A DNA stretch of 18,278 nt from a virus. Lineage: Duplodnaviria > Heunggongvirae > Uroviricota > Caudoviricetes. The DNA is taken from the IMG/VR virus record IMGVR_UViG_2565956720_000017; one strand, given 5' to 3'. The notes beneath the pieces are model-generated. The model did not search any database. It worked only from the letters and a program-made list of their open reading frames with translations, and was not told where the DNA came from. Position 1 is the first letter of the stretch. The number at the start of each line of letters is the position of its first letter. Position numbers and translations under genes: made by a program. Shown piece after piece: positions 8,244 to 17,676 of this stretch.

Positions 8244-8640
8244 TCACGCACATGGTCGCCGTGCAGGTGATCACATTGTGGATGAAATGGCGGAAAAACA
8301 AAGAGTTGACATTATTGTCAGTGTCACAGTCGAGAGCGCGAAGCGCCAAAATAAGCGTATAAATGATCGTTCAGATGTACATGGTGTGATCACTCGTTTA
8401 CGCCAGACTTTTGTAACTCGTGAAGAGATGATTGAAGCTATTGACCAGCATACAGCATGTATCAGCGTCAGGGATATACCGGAGGTCATTGCTAACTACT
8501 TCATGATCACCAGACGCCTTTACCGGAGAAAAGACAAGAGCACGGTTAACCGTCTCCTGATGTCTGATATTCGCGAATACCTGCAAGAAAGGGGCTATGT
8601 GAATCCACCAGAACAGCGCTACGGAAGAGTCGGAGGCTAA
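8224..8640 (+). CDS. hypothetical protein
   Basis: 138 aa. The start overlaps the end of the ProQ/FinO gene and has GGAGGAG upstream. It is AT-richer than its neighbours and has no motif I recognise. Confidence 0.5.
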   Translation: MEIVRNDHAHGRRAGDHIVDEMAEKQRVDIIVSVTVESAKRQNKRINDRSDVHGVITRLRQTFVTREEMIEAIDQHTACISVRDIPEVIANYFMITRRLYRRKDKSTVNRLLMSDIREYLQERGYVNPPEQRYGRVGG

Positions 8641-8725
8641 CTAAAACCCTGTACCGAAGAGCGGCGGCGCGATGGGGGTGAAGTAATGCAGTTGGGAAAC
8701 TGATAAGGAACGGTATTACATATCA

Positions 8726-8875
8726 ATGCGACGACTGGAATGTTCCAGGAAGGCACAGAGGCCACCGAAGCAACCGGATAATTTAGAAGACCTGAAACGG
8801 TCGCTTAAACGCACTGAAAAAGAAATGGGGATAGATGGGATCGGGAAATCAGTATGGCGTAACTACCAGAAGTAA
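8726..8875 (+). CDS. possible small ORF (about 49 aa)
   Basis: Hand-translated ATG-to-TAA frame (MRRLECSRKAQRPPKQPDNLEDLKRSLKRTEKEMGIDGIGKSVWRNYQK) ending 7 nt before a strong terminator. It has no good SD and is below the track's size cutoff. Confidence 0.2.
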   Translation: MRRLECSRKAQRPPKQPDNLEDLKRSLKRTEKEMGIDGIGKSVWRNYQK

Positions 8876-8881
8876 GCACAG

Positions 8882-8906
8882 AGCCGGAGCAATCCGGCTT
8901 TTTTTG
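8882..8906 (+). terminator. Rho-independent terminator ending the replication operon
   Basis: Stem AGCCGGA (8882-8888), loop GCAA, stem TCCGGCT (8893-8899), followed by a run of seven T (8900-8906). Confidence 0.7.
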
Positions 8907-9007
8907 GGGCTGAAATCAATCAATCTGTTTTTGTGATAGAAATATGTTTATCTACCACTTTTTCAGATCAATAATGTGCATAGTTTAGTCAGTAAGAGGA
9001 AATTGCT

Positions 9008-9214
9008 GTGAATTGTATTAACGACCTGAACACAGGCGATGTCAGAGGTGGTTCCGTTCATCTGGATGCACAGACCGTGATGCGCATTAAGCAGTACAGA
9101 ATCGACCATGTGAACAATCACCCTGATCAGCCATTACCAGGCGTGGCGCAGATTGTCAGACATGCCGTAAACGCCTGGCTTAATCAGAATGGTTTTGCAT
9201 CGGGGGGTGAGTAA
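9008..9214 (+). CDS. hypothetical small protein (GTG start)
   Basis: 68 aa with AAGAGGAAA 7 nt upstream of the GTG. It is the first gene after the terminator and directly upstream of the giant-protein operon. Confidence 0.45.
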   Translation: MNCINDLNTGDVRGGSVHLDAQTVMRIKQYRIDHVNNHPDQPLPGVAQIVRHAVNAWLNQNGFASGGE

Positions 9215-9310
9215 TGAATCGCTGGTACAGCATCAAAGCAGAGGGACGCCAATGTTATCTAACTCAGGTTTTATGAATTCTGACTCCCGATTCAAAATAG
9301 GAGGTTACTA

Positions 9311-11842
9311 ATGCCAGTCGTACCAACAGTATCCGGACGTCAGGTTGAGAGCCGTGGAGTTCAGTCAGCAGGCTTGCAGACGTTTTCTCAGCCAGGTATT
9401 AGTGATGCTTTTGTTCGTGCAGGAGCAGAGGCAATTGATGTTCTGGGTCAGGCAAAACAGCGTGCCAATATTGCCTTGGTTCAGGAGGCATCCCTTAAAC
9501 TCAGTCAGACAGGCAGTGATCTGCTGAATAATCCTGAAACAGGATTGCTTAACCTGAAAGGGAAAAATGCTATTGGAAAAGGCCATGAGTATACGCAGCA
9601 GTTTGATGCTCAGGTCGAACAACTGGCTATGTCGCTGCCGGATGAACAGGCCCGTAATGCTTTCATGCAGCAGGCACAGCAGCAGCGCATTCAGTTCACT
9701 ACGCAGGCCGGGCGGTACGAGATCGGGCAAATAAATGCCTACGAAGAAGGCCAGTTTCAGGCTACGCTGCTGAACAATGGTAAAAATGCCGCAGCATTGT
9801 ATGGCGACAACGCCGCATACGTATTGGCTAATAAGCAAACTTTCCAGCAAATTGAGGAGTACGGCATTGCGCATGGCTGGAGCGACGAGCAGATTCGGGC
9901 CAGGAAAATCGAGTTTAAAGAAGCAACAGCAAAAGCAACTGCTCAAAATGCTATTGGAGCAAACTATCTTCAGGTAAGACAGCAAAACGGCGAGTTAAGC
10001 GATACTGCTGCTGGAGCTCGCCGTGCTGTAGCAGATAGTGGATCTTCCGATCGTACCCGCGGTATACGCAACAATAACCCCGGCAATCTTGAATACAGCA
10101 AAACTAATCCGTGGGTTGGGCAGACTGGTGATGATGGTCGCTTTGCTAAATTCGAAACACCTGAACACGGTATTCGTGCATTAGGGCGGAACCTGATGTC
10201 GTATCAGCGGCAGGGTATTGATACCGTCAGCGAGATAATTAATCGCTGGGCACCGCCTACTGATAAAAATGACACTATGTCGTATATCAAAGCAGTGTGC
10301 GAACAACTTGGCGTTTCTGCTGATGATCCTATAGATGCATCTAATCCGGATACCCTGAAGGCGCTTTGTGCAGCCATTATCCATCATGAAAACGGTAGCC
10401 AGCCATACAGTGATCAGCAGTTAACTGCAGGTGTTAGTGCTGCGCTGGGGCTTTCTCAGCTACCGACAAAAAATAAACGTTATACCGGTGTAGCCTGGTT
10501 CGATGCTTTAAGTGAATCGGATCAGGCCAGCGTGTTGCGACAGACTGATGCACTAGCCAGACAACAGCAGGCTGAATATAAAACGATGCTCGACAGCCGG
10601 GTTCGCGATGCGACAGCTGCGTATATGCGTGGCGTTGAATTTCCTAACCCACCAGGTGAGGCTGATTTTATTGCAGCTTATGGCGTCAGAGAAGGAAACC
10701 TGCGATATACCGAGTTCAGAAATACGCAGATCGCCGGACAGTATATAGGCTCTTTCCGCAACATGCCGACAAGCAGCATTACCGCATATGTTGAGCAATT
10801 GCGCCCGGATACTGGTGAAACAGGGGAGGGGTATGCGTCTCGTGCGGAGTTATTCGACCGGGTATCGGCGGCAGCCACGAAGGTAATAACCCAGAGGCAG
10901 AATAATCCGTTTAGTGCAGCGGTGGAAATCGGAGCCTATAAGCCGATCACCAGCAACAACCCTGACGACATCACTGCCGAGGTGGCTAACCGTTTCTCGT
11001 CGCAGGAAAGCTTACGTTCGTTGGGAATTAATGCCCCAATCCTCAACAGTGAAGAGGCGGCTGCGCTGGCACAGCAGGTGCGCGGCACTCAGAACGTTGA
11101 CCAGACAATTAAACTGTTGCAGAGCATGGGGGAGAAGCTGCCTGCGCCAGCAATACGGCAGGTGGCATCTGTAATTGCTCCGAACAGTGCAGCAACAGCC
11201 TATTCTGCGCTGCTGCTGGGCACGCCGGATAATCAGTACGATAACACCAGGCCGTCGATCCCATATAGTCAGTTCATCGGGTATAAGCCGACGATGAACA
11301 AGTACGACGTTGCAAAGGTTATTCTTTCCGGCGACCAACTACTGAATCCGACGAAGGCCATGAAGAATGCGGGCATAACTCCGGTACAGTTGCCGAGCGA
11401 AGATAAGATGAAAGACGCTTTCGACGAACAGGTAGGTAATGCATTTGCCCGTAACCCGCAGTTACGCCAGATCAGTTATAGCCTTTTCAAAGCCGCTTAC
11501 GCAGGAATAGCTTATCAGTCTGGTGATGCATCTACGGTAAGAACCAGTATGCCTGATACAGACATTGTAGCTGATGCCGTGAAGTATGCTACTGGCGGTA
11601 TATACAATGGTTTTAATGGCGGCGACGTTGTAATGCCTTTCGGCATGGATAAATCTACTTTCAAAGATCGCTATACCACATCTGCGAAACAAGCACTGAA
11701 AGATGCCGGACTTAACGTAAATGCAGTGTCAAATTTCACGCCAGTTAATATCGGCAATAACCGGTATCGGCTGGTAAATGGTAGCGGACGCTGGGCAACA
11801 GATCCCAGAACCAATAAAGCTATTGTCGTGAGGGTTGAATAA
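9311..11842 (+). CDS. large protein of unknown function (843 aa), first gene of the cargo operon
   Basis: Long uninterrupted frame with a strong SD (AGGAGGT 7 nt upstream). It is Gln/Ala-rich and contains the conserved-looking block RGIRNNNPGNLEYSKTNPWVGQTGDDGRFAKFETPEHGIRALGRNLMSYQ. Its stop overlaps the next start (TAATG). Confidence 0.8.
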   Translation: MPVVPTVSGRQVESRGVQSAGLQTFSQPGISDAFVRAGAEAIDVLGQAKQRANIALVQEASLKLSQTGSDLLNNPETGLLNLKGKNAIGKGHEYTQQFDAQVEQLAMSLPDEQARNAFMQQAQQQRIQFTTQAGRYEIGQINAYEEGQFQATLLNNGKNAAALYGDNAAYVLANKQTFQQIEEYGIAHGWSDEQIRARKIEFKEATAKATAQNAIGANYLQVRQQNGELSDTAAGARRAVADSGSSDRTRGIRNNNPGNLEYSKTNPWVGQTGDDGRFAKFETPEHGIRALGRNLMSYQRQGIDTVSEIINRWAPPTDKNDTMSYIKAVCEQLGVSADDPIDASNPDTLKALCAAIIHHENGSQPYSDQQLTAGVSAALGLSQLPTKNKRYTGVAWFDALSESDQASVLRQTDALARQQQAEYKTMLDSRVRDATAAYMRGVEFPNPPGEADFIAAYGVREGNLRYTEFRNTQIAGQYIGSFRNMPTSSITAYVEQLRPDTGETGEGYASRAELFDRVSAAATKVITQRQNNPFSAAVEIGAYKPITSNNPDDITAEVANRFSSQESLRSLGINAPILNSEEAAALAQQVRGTQNVDQTIKLLQSMGEKLPAPAIRQVASVIAPNSAATAYSALLLGTPDNQYDNTRPSIPYSQFIGYKPTMNKYDVAKVILSGDQLLNPTKAMKNAGITPVQLPSEDKMKDAFDEQVGNAFARNPQLRQISYSLFKAAYAGIAYQSGDASTVRTSMPDTDIVADAVKYATGGIYNGFNGGDVVMPFGMDKSTFKDRYTTSAKQALKDAGLNVNAVSNFTPVNIGNNRYRLVNGSGRWATDPRTNKAIVVRVE

Positions 11843-13902
11843 TGTCTGATGTTTTTTCTTTGGCTCCAGAAGGTCAGGCATGGATTGACGACAAAACAGT
11901 TGCCAACCCAGCAAGGCCAGAAGACTACGATCCGACTCCATTCCAGGGTTCAGGTACTGCACTTTTGAGCGGCGTGGCGGAGGGGGCTCTCGGTCTCGCG
12001 CAGTCTGCCGTCGGATTCAGCAAGCGCCTGATTAGCGATCCGGCATTTACCGCAGACGTGGCACCGACTGTTAATATTTTTCGGGAGATGTTCCCTGATG
12101 CTGACAAAACACTGAATGATACATACGACACGATCGGAAAACAGTTACAGGATGCCCGCAGCTATGTGAAGCCTGATGCAGGCAGTCAGGGAATGGCGGC
12201 TGAGGTATTAAATGAGCTTGGTAAATTTGTTCCTGCAATCGGAACAACTATGTTTGGCGGTCCCCTCATCGGCGCTGCTACAGCTTTCAGTTCTACGTAT
12301 GAGCAGTCCTATCAGGATTTTAAAGGGAAGGGAGTAGACGAGGCTACGGCGCGTAACCTGGCAACGCAGCAAAGCCTTTTCAATGCTGTGGGTATGGCCT
12401 TACCCGCTGCCGTCGGCACCACACTGGCAACGCGCATTGCCTCAGGTGTGGCAATCAACACCGGATTCGGTGGACTGAACCGTTACTCTGTCGGCGCAAC
12501 ACTGGAGGAAAAAGGCTACACGGAGATGGCAAAACAGTACCGGGTATTTGACGGTCAGGCGATGTTAGTCGATGCCGTTTTAGGCGGGGTCTTTGGTGGC
12601 GTTCATCACCTGACTACCCATAATAACCATGATGGTACAGAGTCGAACATTTCTGCAGAAGAAATAAAATCAACTTTTGGTGAACATTATCAGCAATCTC
12701 CTGATGGTAACATTGAGTCAATGGTTCGTGATTTATCTGATTCAGGAGTAATAGAACTTATTAATGAACCAGCAATAAAAAATAGTGATGGAGAAATACT
12801 TCTGAATAAAGGTCATGTGACAGTAGCTTCTGGAAAAGAACCAATAATAAGAATAAATATTAATGGATTAAAAGATCATGAAGAACTGTTAGAAACCCTT
12901 CATCACGAGGCGCTTCATCTTGAGCAGCGCCATTACCCTGACTGGAAGGCCAGAAAGCTAGCTAATGCTGTACTTAAATCTGCAAACAAGCATTCTGACT
13001 ATCCTGAATTTGCATATGGGATGTCACAATATTATGAATATAAGAAAAGGGGTGAGTACCCTGAAACATATCCTGAGTGGTTGTACGCTGAAGAAGTTGC
13101 CGCACATGCAGTAAATCCATCTCTAAAGACAAGCGTTTCATCATGGGAAAAAATTATTTCAGGTTTTAAAGCCTATATATTCAGATACAGTGGTATTCAG
13201 GTTGGAACCGTTACACCTGAGCAGTTACGGTTACTCGTAAGTATGCGTCTTCGCAATATGAAACTGGAAGCCGCAGTCGAAAAAGTTTTTGGTATCCGGG
13301 CAAGGGAAAGAATAAAACCAAGCGATATTGATGCAGCCCACATTTTGAATGAGGGGCTTCATTACGATATTGAATCGTCACCAGTGCTTCACACCAGCAA
13401 TGAGAGCATCAACAGCCATGTTGACGCCATGGATGAAGCATACAGGCAACTTAATGATGGTCAGCCTGTAAATGTTGGGGGGATGGCGCGAGGGCTTGAT
13501 GGTCCATTGCGATCAGATATATCTGATACTTACCAAGAGCAATACCATGAAATACAAAAGGTTTTTGAAGAAAATGGTGTCAGATATGAAACATCATCAG
13601 AGCCAATTAGTGAATCGCCTGTCCCTCGTGCTGAAAGTGCTTTCTCATCGGCTGGTGAACACAGAGGGGACGTCAGCGTTGATCCAGATACAGGGCAGGT
13701 TCTCTCATCCAACAGCTATGACCTTATGGCTGCCAGAGACATGGCTGTTGCCAATCCTGAGCTGACTATAGCTCACCCGGAAACCGGAAACCCGACAAAA
13801 CTTTCTGATCTCCTGGCTGAGTTGGATGAACAGATTAAGACAGTCCAGAACGAATCGAAGGTTTATTCTGTAGCGGCAGCGTGCTTCTTGAGGAACCCAT
13901 AA
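11842..13902 (+). CDS. large protein of unknown function (686 aa) with Gly/Ala-rich hydrophobic segments and an inserted HExxH module
   Basis: TAATG start overlap with the upstream gene and GAGGG upstream. The N-terminal half has several Gly/Ala-rich hydrophobic stretches (for example FVPAIGTTMFGGPLIGAATAF and AVGMALPAAVGTTLATRIASGVAINTGFGG). The central AT-rich segment encodes HHEALHLEQRHYPDW. The C-terminus is acidic. Confidence 0.8.
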   Translation: MSDVFSLAPEGQAWIDDKTVANPARPEDYDPTPFQGSGTALLSGVAEGALGLAQSAVGFSKRLISDPAFTADVAPTVNIFREMFPDADKTLNDTYDTIGKQLQDARSYVKPDAGSQGMAAEVLNELGKFVPAIGTTMFGGPLIGAATAFSSTYEQSYQDFKGKGVDEATARNLATQQSLFNAVGMALPAAVGTTLATRIASGVAINTGFGGLNRYSVGATLEEKGYTEMAKQYRVFDGQAMLVDAVLGGVFGGVHHLTTHNNHDGTESNISAEEIKSTFGEHYQQSPDGNIESMVRDLSDSGVIELINEPAIKNSDGEILLNKGHVTVASGKEPIIRININGLKDHEELLETLHHEALHLEQRHYPDWKARKLANAVLKSANKHSDYPEFAYGMSQYYEYKKRGEYPETYPEWLYAEEVAAHAVNPSLKTSVSSWEKIISGFKAYIFRYSGIQVGTVTPEQLRLLVSMRLRNMKLEAAVEKVFGIRARERIKPSDIDAAHILNEGLHYDIESSPVLHTSNESINSHVDAMDEAYRQLNDGQPVNVGGMARGLDGPLRSDISDTYQEQYHEIQKVFEENGVRYETSSEPISESPVPRAESAFSSAGEHRGDVSVDPDTGQVLSSNSYDLMAARDMAVANPELTIAHPETGNPTKLSDLLAELDEQIKTVQNESKVYSVAAACFLRNP

Positions 13903-16658
13903 TGAAACAGGCATGTGTTGAAGCTATTGCGCAGACACTTGGTCGCCAGCCAAAGGCTGATGAGCTGAAAAATATTGAAGATCGTATCAAAGAAGCTGTG
14001 CAGCATGTGCACAGAAAGAATGCAAAAGAAGGAAAAAGTGGTATTCCTGATGCTCAAACATACATGGATGCAGCAGAACTGGTACGCCAGCGTGTGGTTC
14101 ATGATGTGTACAAGAAAAGACAGCGTGTTGCCCACAATGCGATCGCCATCAGTAAAATTATTGACACTCTCGATGCTAACATCCCGCCTGATCAGCAGAC
14201 ACCTGTTAATTTGCAGCAGTTTATTTTTGCTGGCCGACGATCGAGAGACAAAGCTGATATCTCCGTTACTTCTGCTGAAGAGCTTGCAATTGGGGCATAT
14301 CAGGACTGGTCCCGTCAGCTCAGTGCTGAACTTCTAAAAGCAGGTGATGACGTCCGCAAATTCTTCGAGCAGAGCAGGGCGCTTGGAGAGCAGCGGTTTC
14401 GGAGTGTATTCGACAGGCAGGCGGCAAAGTCTGCACAACTCCAGATCCTTAAAGAGATTTACGGCGAAGATACCGGGAATCCACTGGCGAAGAAAATTGC
14501 ACAGATTTGGAAGGATGTAACAAGCCGTGTTCGCCATGAGATGAACGACAACGGCTTTGACATAGGCCAGCGAGACGACTGGAATATGCCATATGTGGAT
14601 GATGCTGACCTTATTCGCAATGCCGGGCGCGAAGAATGGCTGGCATCGTTACCAGTGACAGAACAAGCTACAGCACGTCTTTCAGGTCGCCAGCCACCGA
14701 TTGAGTTTGCCCGCCAGGCATGGGTTGATGACGTTTACAACACGCAGGATCGCAGCAATTACGTTAATCCTGATGGCAGCATTATGAATGACGTTGAGTA
14801 CCGTCAGGCACTGGAAGCGATCTTTGAAACGAAGGCCACTGATGGGGCAAACAAAATTGAGCCTGGTACATTTATGGGAGCCGGAGGAATAAAGAGCCGT
14901 GGTTCTCAGCACAGGGTGATGGCGTTCAAGGATGCGCAGTCACACTTCGCCTATATGGAGCGATACACTCAGCAGCCGCTGGTGGGGGTGATGATGTCGC
15001 ACCTGCAATCATCATCCAGGGATTTGGGCGTCGTTAAAGCCTTTGGTCCGGACGCCGAAAGAAACTTTTCCCTGGTACTGGATCGCATCTATAAGCGCGC
15101 AGTAACAGGCGGGAAACGCAAAAAAGAAATGGAGGATGAGGCCAAATTAGTAGCCCGTATGTTCAACTCAATGGCTGGCCTAAATGGTGTCGCTTCATCG
15201 AGTGTGTTCTCTTCAGCTGTTGGTGGTCTGCGTAACCTGATGACCAGCGCCATGCTTGGCACCAGCGTACTGACAGCAACCAGCGACCAGGCAATTATGC
15301 GGGCAAATGCGCAGGCGCTGGGCTTTACCCGTGGTGGAATGCGGCTTTCCGTTAACACTATCAAAAACCTGTTTAGTGGAGATGCCAAAAAGGCGAATGC
15401 TGAACTCGGTCTGCTGGTGGATTCACATGCTGCTGTGGTTTCGAAAATGGGCGGGTTTGACTTGTCTCGCGGCATAACTGGCTGGTTCGCAGAGAAGACA
15501 CTGAAGTGGTCCGGGCTGATCGCTATGGACCGCGCAAACAAAGCGTCGTTTGGTCTCCTGATGTACAAAAACATTGGCGAGCTGACCAGAAAATTTAAGA
15601 CGCTGGACGATATGAAAGGAACCGATAAAACCATTCTGGCTAACAAGGGATGGAGCAATGAGGACTGGGCCATCATGGCAGCGGCAGAACTCAGGCCGAT
15701 GACTACAGCCGGGCATATGGGGATGACGCCAGACGCGATTTACGCTGTGCCCGATAACGTAATCGCCGACATTATGGCAGACCGTATTGCCCGGATTCGT
15801 GCCGGGAGTGAAAAGGCACTGGCAGCCCTTGGTGATCTCCCTCCAGAACGCCAGAAACGGATGAAAGAAGCATTCGACGCTGAGGCTGAGCAGACCATCA
15901 TGCGCATGATTCGTAATGCACGCGCTGAAGCAGCCCAGAAATTGCTGGGAATTACGCACGGTGAGATGACCAATGCTGTGACCACCGCTACGGGTATTGA
16001 TACATATGCCCGTGATGATGCTGGCGAGTTAATGAAGAGCTTCATGCTCTTCAAAACAACCCCATTTGCTGGATTTCGGCAACTTGTTAACAGAACACGG
16101 GATTTGGACACCGTTCCGGCCATTAAATTTCTGGCCTCATATATCGGGGGAACAACTCTTGCTGGTATGTTTGCGATCCAGATGAACAGTTTGTTAAATG
16201 GTAATGACCCGCTGGATATGACAAAACCAACCACATGGGTTCAGGCTCTACTGAAAGGTGGTTCGTTCGGTATCTACGGTGATTTTATTTTCCAGGACCA
16301 TACGCAATATGGCTCCAGCATCGGTGCCACTATGGGTGGCCCTGTGTTGAGCTTTGCAGAGCAGTTAACAAAATTACTGATTACTAACCCACAGAAGGCT
16401 ATACAGGGTGAAGAAACATCATTCGGTGCCGATGCACTGAAAACAGCCCGCATGATCACCCCATTCGCAAACCTGTGGTATGCGAAAGCGATAACCAATC
16501 ACCTGATATTGCAACAACTTCAGGAGATGGCAAACCCTGGTTACAATGATCGAGTAAGGGACCGCGCGCAACGGGAGTTCGACATAACGAGTTGGTGGGA
16601 ACCGGGTGCTATTGCGCCACGTAGAGCACCGGATTTTGGAAAGGCGGTGGGGAACTGA
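13902..16658 (+). CDS. large protein of unknown function (about 918 aa)
   Basis: Start placed at the ATG at 13902, which overlaps the upstream stop (TAATG) and has GAGGAA upstream. The track's start at 13881 lies inside the previous gene and lacks an SD. Gly/Ser/Ala-rich hydrophobic patches occur in the C-terminal third. Confidence 0.75.
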   Translation: MKQACVEAIAQTLGRQPKADELKNIEDRIKEAVQHVHRKNAKEGKSGIPDAQTYMDAAELVRQRVVHDVYKKRQRVAHNAIAISKIIDTLDANIPPDQQTPVNLQQFIFAGRRSRDKADISVTSAEELAIGAYQDWSRQLSAELLKAGDDVRKFFEQSRALGEQRFRSVFDRQAAKSAQLQILKEIYGEDTGNPLAKKIAQIWKDVTSRVRHEMNDNGFDIGQRDDWNMPYVDDADLIRNAGREEWLASLPVTEQATARLSGRQPPIEFARQAWVDDVYNTQDRSNYVNPDGSIMNDVEYRQALEAIFETKATDGANKIEPGTFMGAGGIKSRGSQHRVMAFKDAQSHFAYMERYTQQPLVGVMMSHLQSSSRDLGVVKAFGPDAERNFSLVLDRIYKRAVTGGKRKKEMEDEAKLVARMFNSMAGLNGVASSSVFSSAVGGLRNLMTSAMLGTSVLTATSDQAIMRANAQALGFTRGGMRLSVNTIKNLFSGDAKKANAELGLLVDSHAAVVSKMGGFDLSRGITGWFAEKTLKWSGLIAMDRANKASFGLLMYKNIGELTRKFKTLDDMKGTDKTILANKGWSNEDWAIMAAAELRPMTTAGHMGMTPDAIYAVPDNVIADIMADRIARIRAGSEKALAALGDLPPERQKRMKEAFDAEAEQTIMRMIRNARAEAAQKLLGITHGEMTNAVTTATGIDTYARDDAGELMKSFMLFKTTPFAGFRQLVNRTRDLDTVPAIKFLASYIGGTTLAGMFAIQMNSLLNGNDPLDMTKPTTWVQALLKGGSFGIYGDFIFQDHTQYGSSIGATMGGPVLSFAEQLTKLLITNPQKAIQGEETSFGADALKTARMITPFANLWYAKAITNHLILQQLQEMANPGYNDRVRDRAQREFDITSWWEPGAIAPRRAPDFGKAVGN

Positions 16659-16972
16659 TGACGAGAGATAAAATTGAATATATTGCTTCTCTTAAATATG
16701 AAGCTGAGAAATGGAGAAGGATTGGCGGGTGGGGAACATTAATATCACTCTCTGCTTTACTTATAGACTCCTGGTTCAGACATATTGATGCAGCATCATT
16801 ACTTTTTGAATCAGCAGTACTTGGTGGATTCATTTGCTGTTGGGGTGGTAATTATGATCGGGCGTCCAAACATAAGAGAGAACTTGACGCGATATGTTTT
16901 GCTTTATTCGGTAAGGATTACGAAAGTTCTGACCTTGATATAATTGAATTCAACAAAACGGAACTATCGTGA
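16658..16972 (+). CDS. small membrane protein (two predicted hydrophobic helices)
   Basis: 104 aa with a start overlapping the upstream stop (TGATG). Two hydrophobic segments (GTLISLSALLIDSWF and LLFESAVLGGFICCWGG) are visible. It is AT-richer than the operon and followed directly by a strong terminator. Confidence 0.6.
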   Translation: MTRDKIEYIASLKYEAEKWRRIGGWGTLISLSALLIDSWFRHIDAASLLFESAVLGGFICCWGGNYDRASKHKRELDAICFALFGKDYESSDLDIIEFNKTELS

Positions 16973-16980
16973 CATGTCAC

Positions 16981-17006
16981 AAGGCCGCTTTCGCGGCCTT
17001 GTTTTT
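16981..17006 (+). terminator. Rho-independent terminator ending the cargo operon
   Basis: 8-bp GC-rich stem AAGGCCGC / GCGGCCTT with TTTC loop (16981-17000), followed by GTTTTT (17001-17006). Confidence 0.8.
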
Positions 17007-17676
17007 AACGAATGCCACCGCCGCCCGGGCGGGAAACCGCAGATAAAAAAGCCCGCTGCGCGGTTTTATTAATACTTATACCATGGGGATTGATCCTTCA
17101 ATGGACAATCCTTCCATCGTGTGGCCAGCCATTCATATTCTTTGTCTTTTCTTCAGTACCGGCTTTGCATCTTCTACACCCTGAAAGATGTCGTTTTATG
17201 GTGTATCTGATGATTTATTCCCTAACAATAGATATTCGAAAAATTAATCAGTTAAAACAATTATTTGGATAATTTCAGGTAAAACTATCTTAATCTTCTG
17301 GTGGATCTCAATGCGCAGTGACGGTATCGGGATTAACGGCGTGGATATGCGCGATATATGCCGCTACACCCCTCAACAGTAATAGATATGCGCTTTTTAC
17401 GCTCTCCTTTCACTGTTGAGAACGGCAACAATGTGCCACAGGAACGCGCTGTAATCGATTCTGACGCACTTAATTGCGTTGGGTAATGGTTTGCCAGCCT
17501 GTGGGGGTAACTCTGTTTTATGAGGCTTTGGCTATAGTGCAAAAATGCACTTTGTCTTGCCTCTCAATTTGATGAGACTGGAACGACAACAGGACAGACC
17601 ACCAGCAACAGTTACCGTATTCAGCCGTTCTGTAGCACCAGTGGAACTATCCACCCCAGCTTTCAGCAATGTGTTT

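Noticed and set aside
9365-9985. 206-aa minus-strand ORF and other antisense ORFs inside the giant genes and the primase gene (for example 5839..6120, 10553..10798, 15089..16234)
   Set aside because: They lie antisense within long plus-strand genes that have consistent translational coupling; they are typical shadow ORFs.
13881-13901. Upstream ATG (13881) proposed by the ORF track as the start of giant protein 3
   Set aside because: It lies inside the previous gene without an SD. The ATG at 13902 overlaps the upstream stop (TAATG) and has GAGGAA upstream, so it is the more plausible start.
17012-17272. 86-aa plus-strand ORF downstream of the terminator
   Set aside because: It starts inside the palindrome/terminator cluster, has no SD and has a proline/hydrophobic low-complexity composition.
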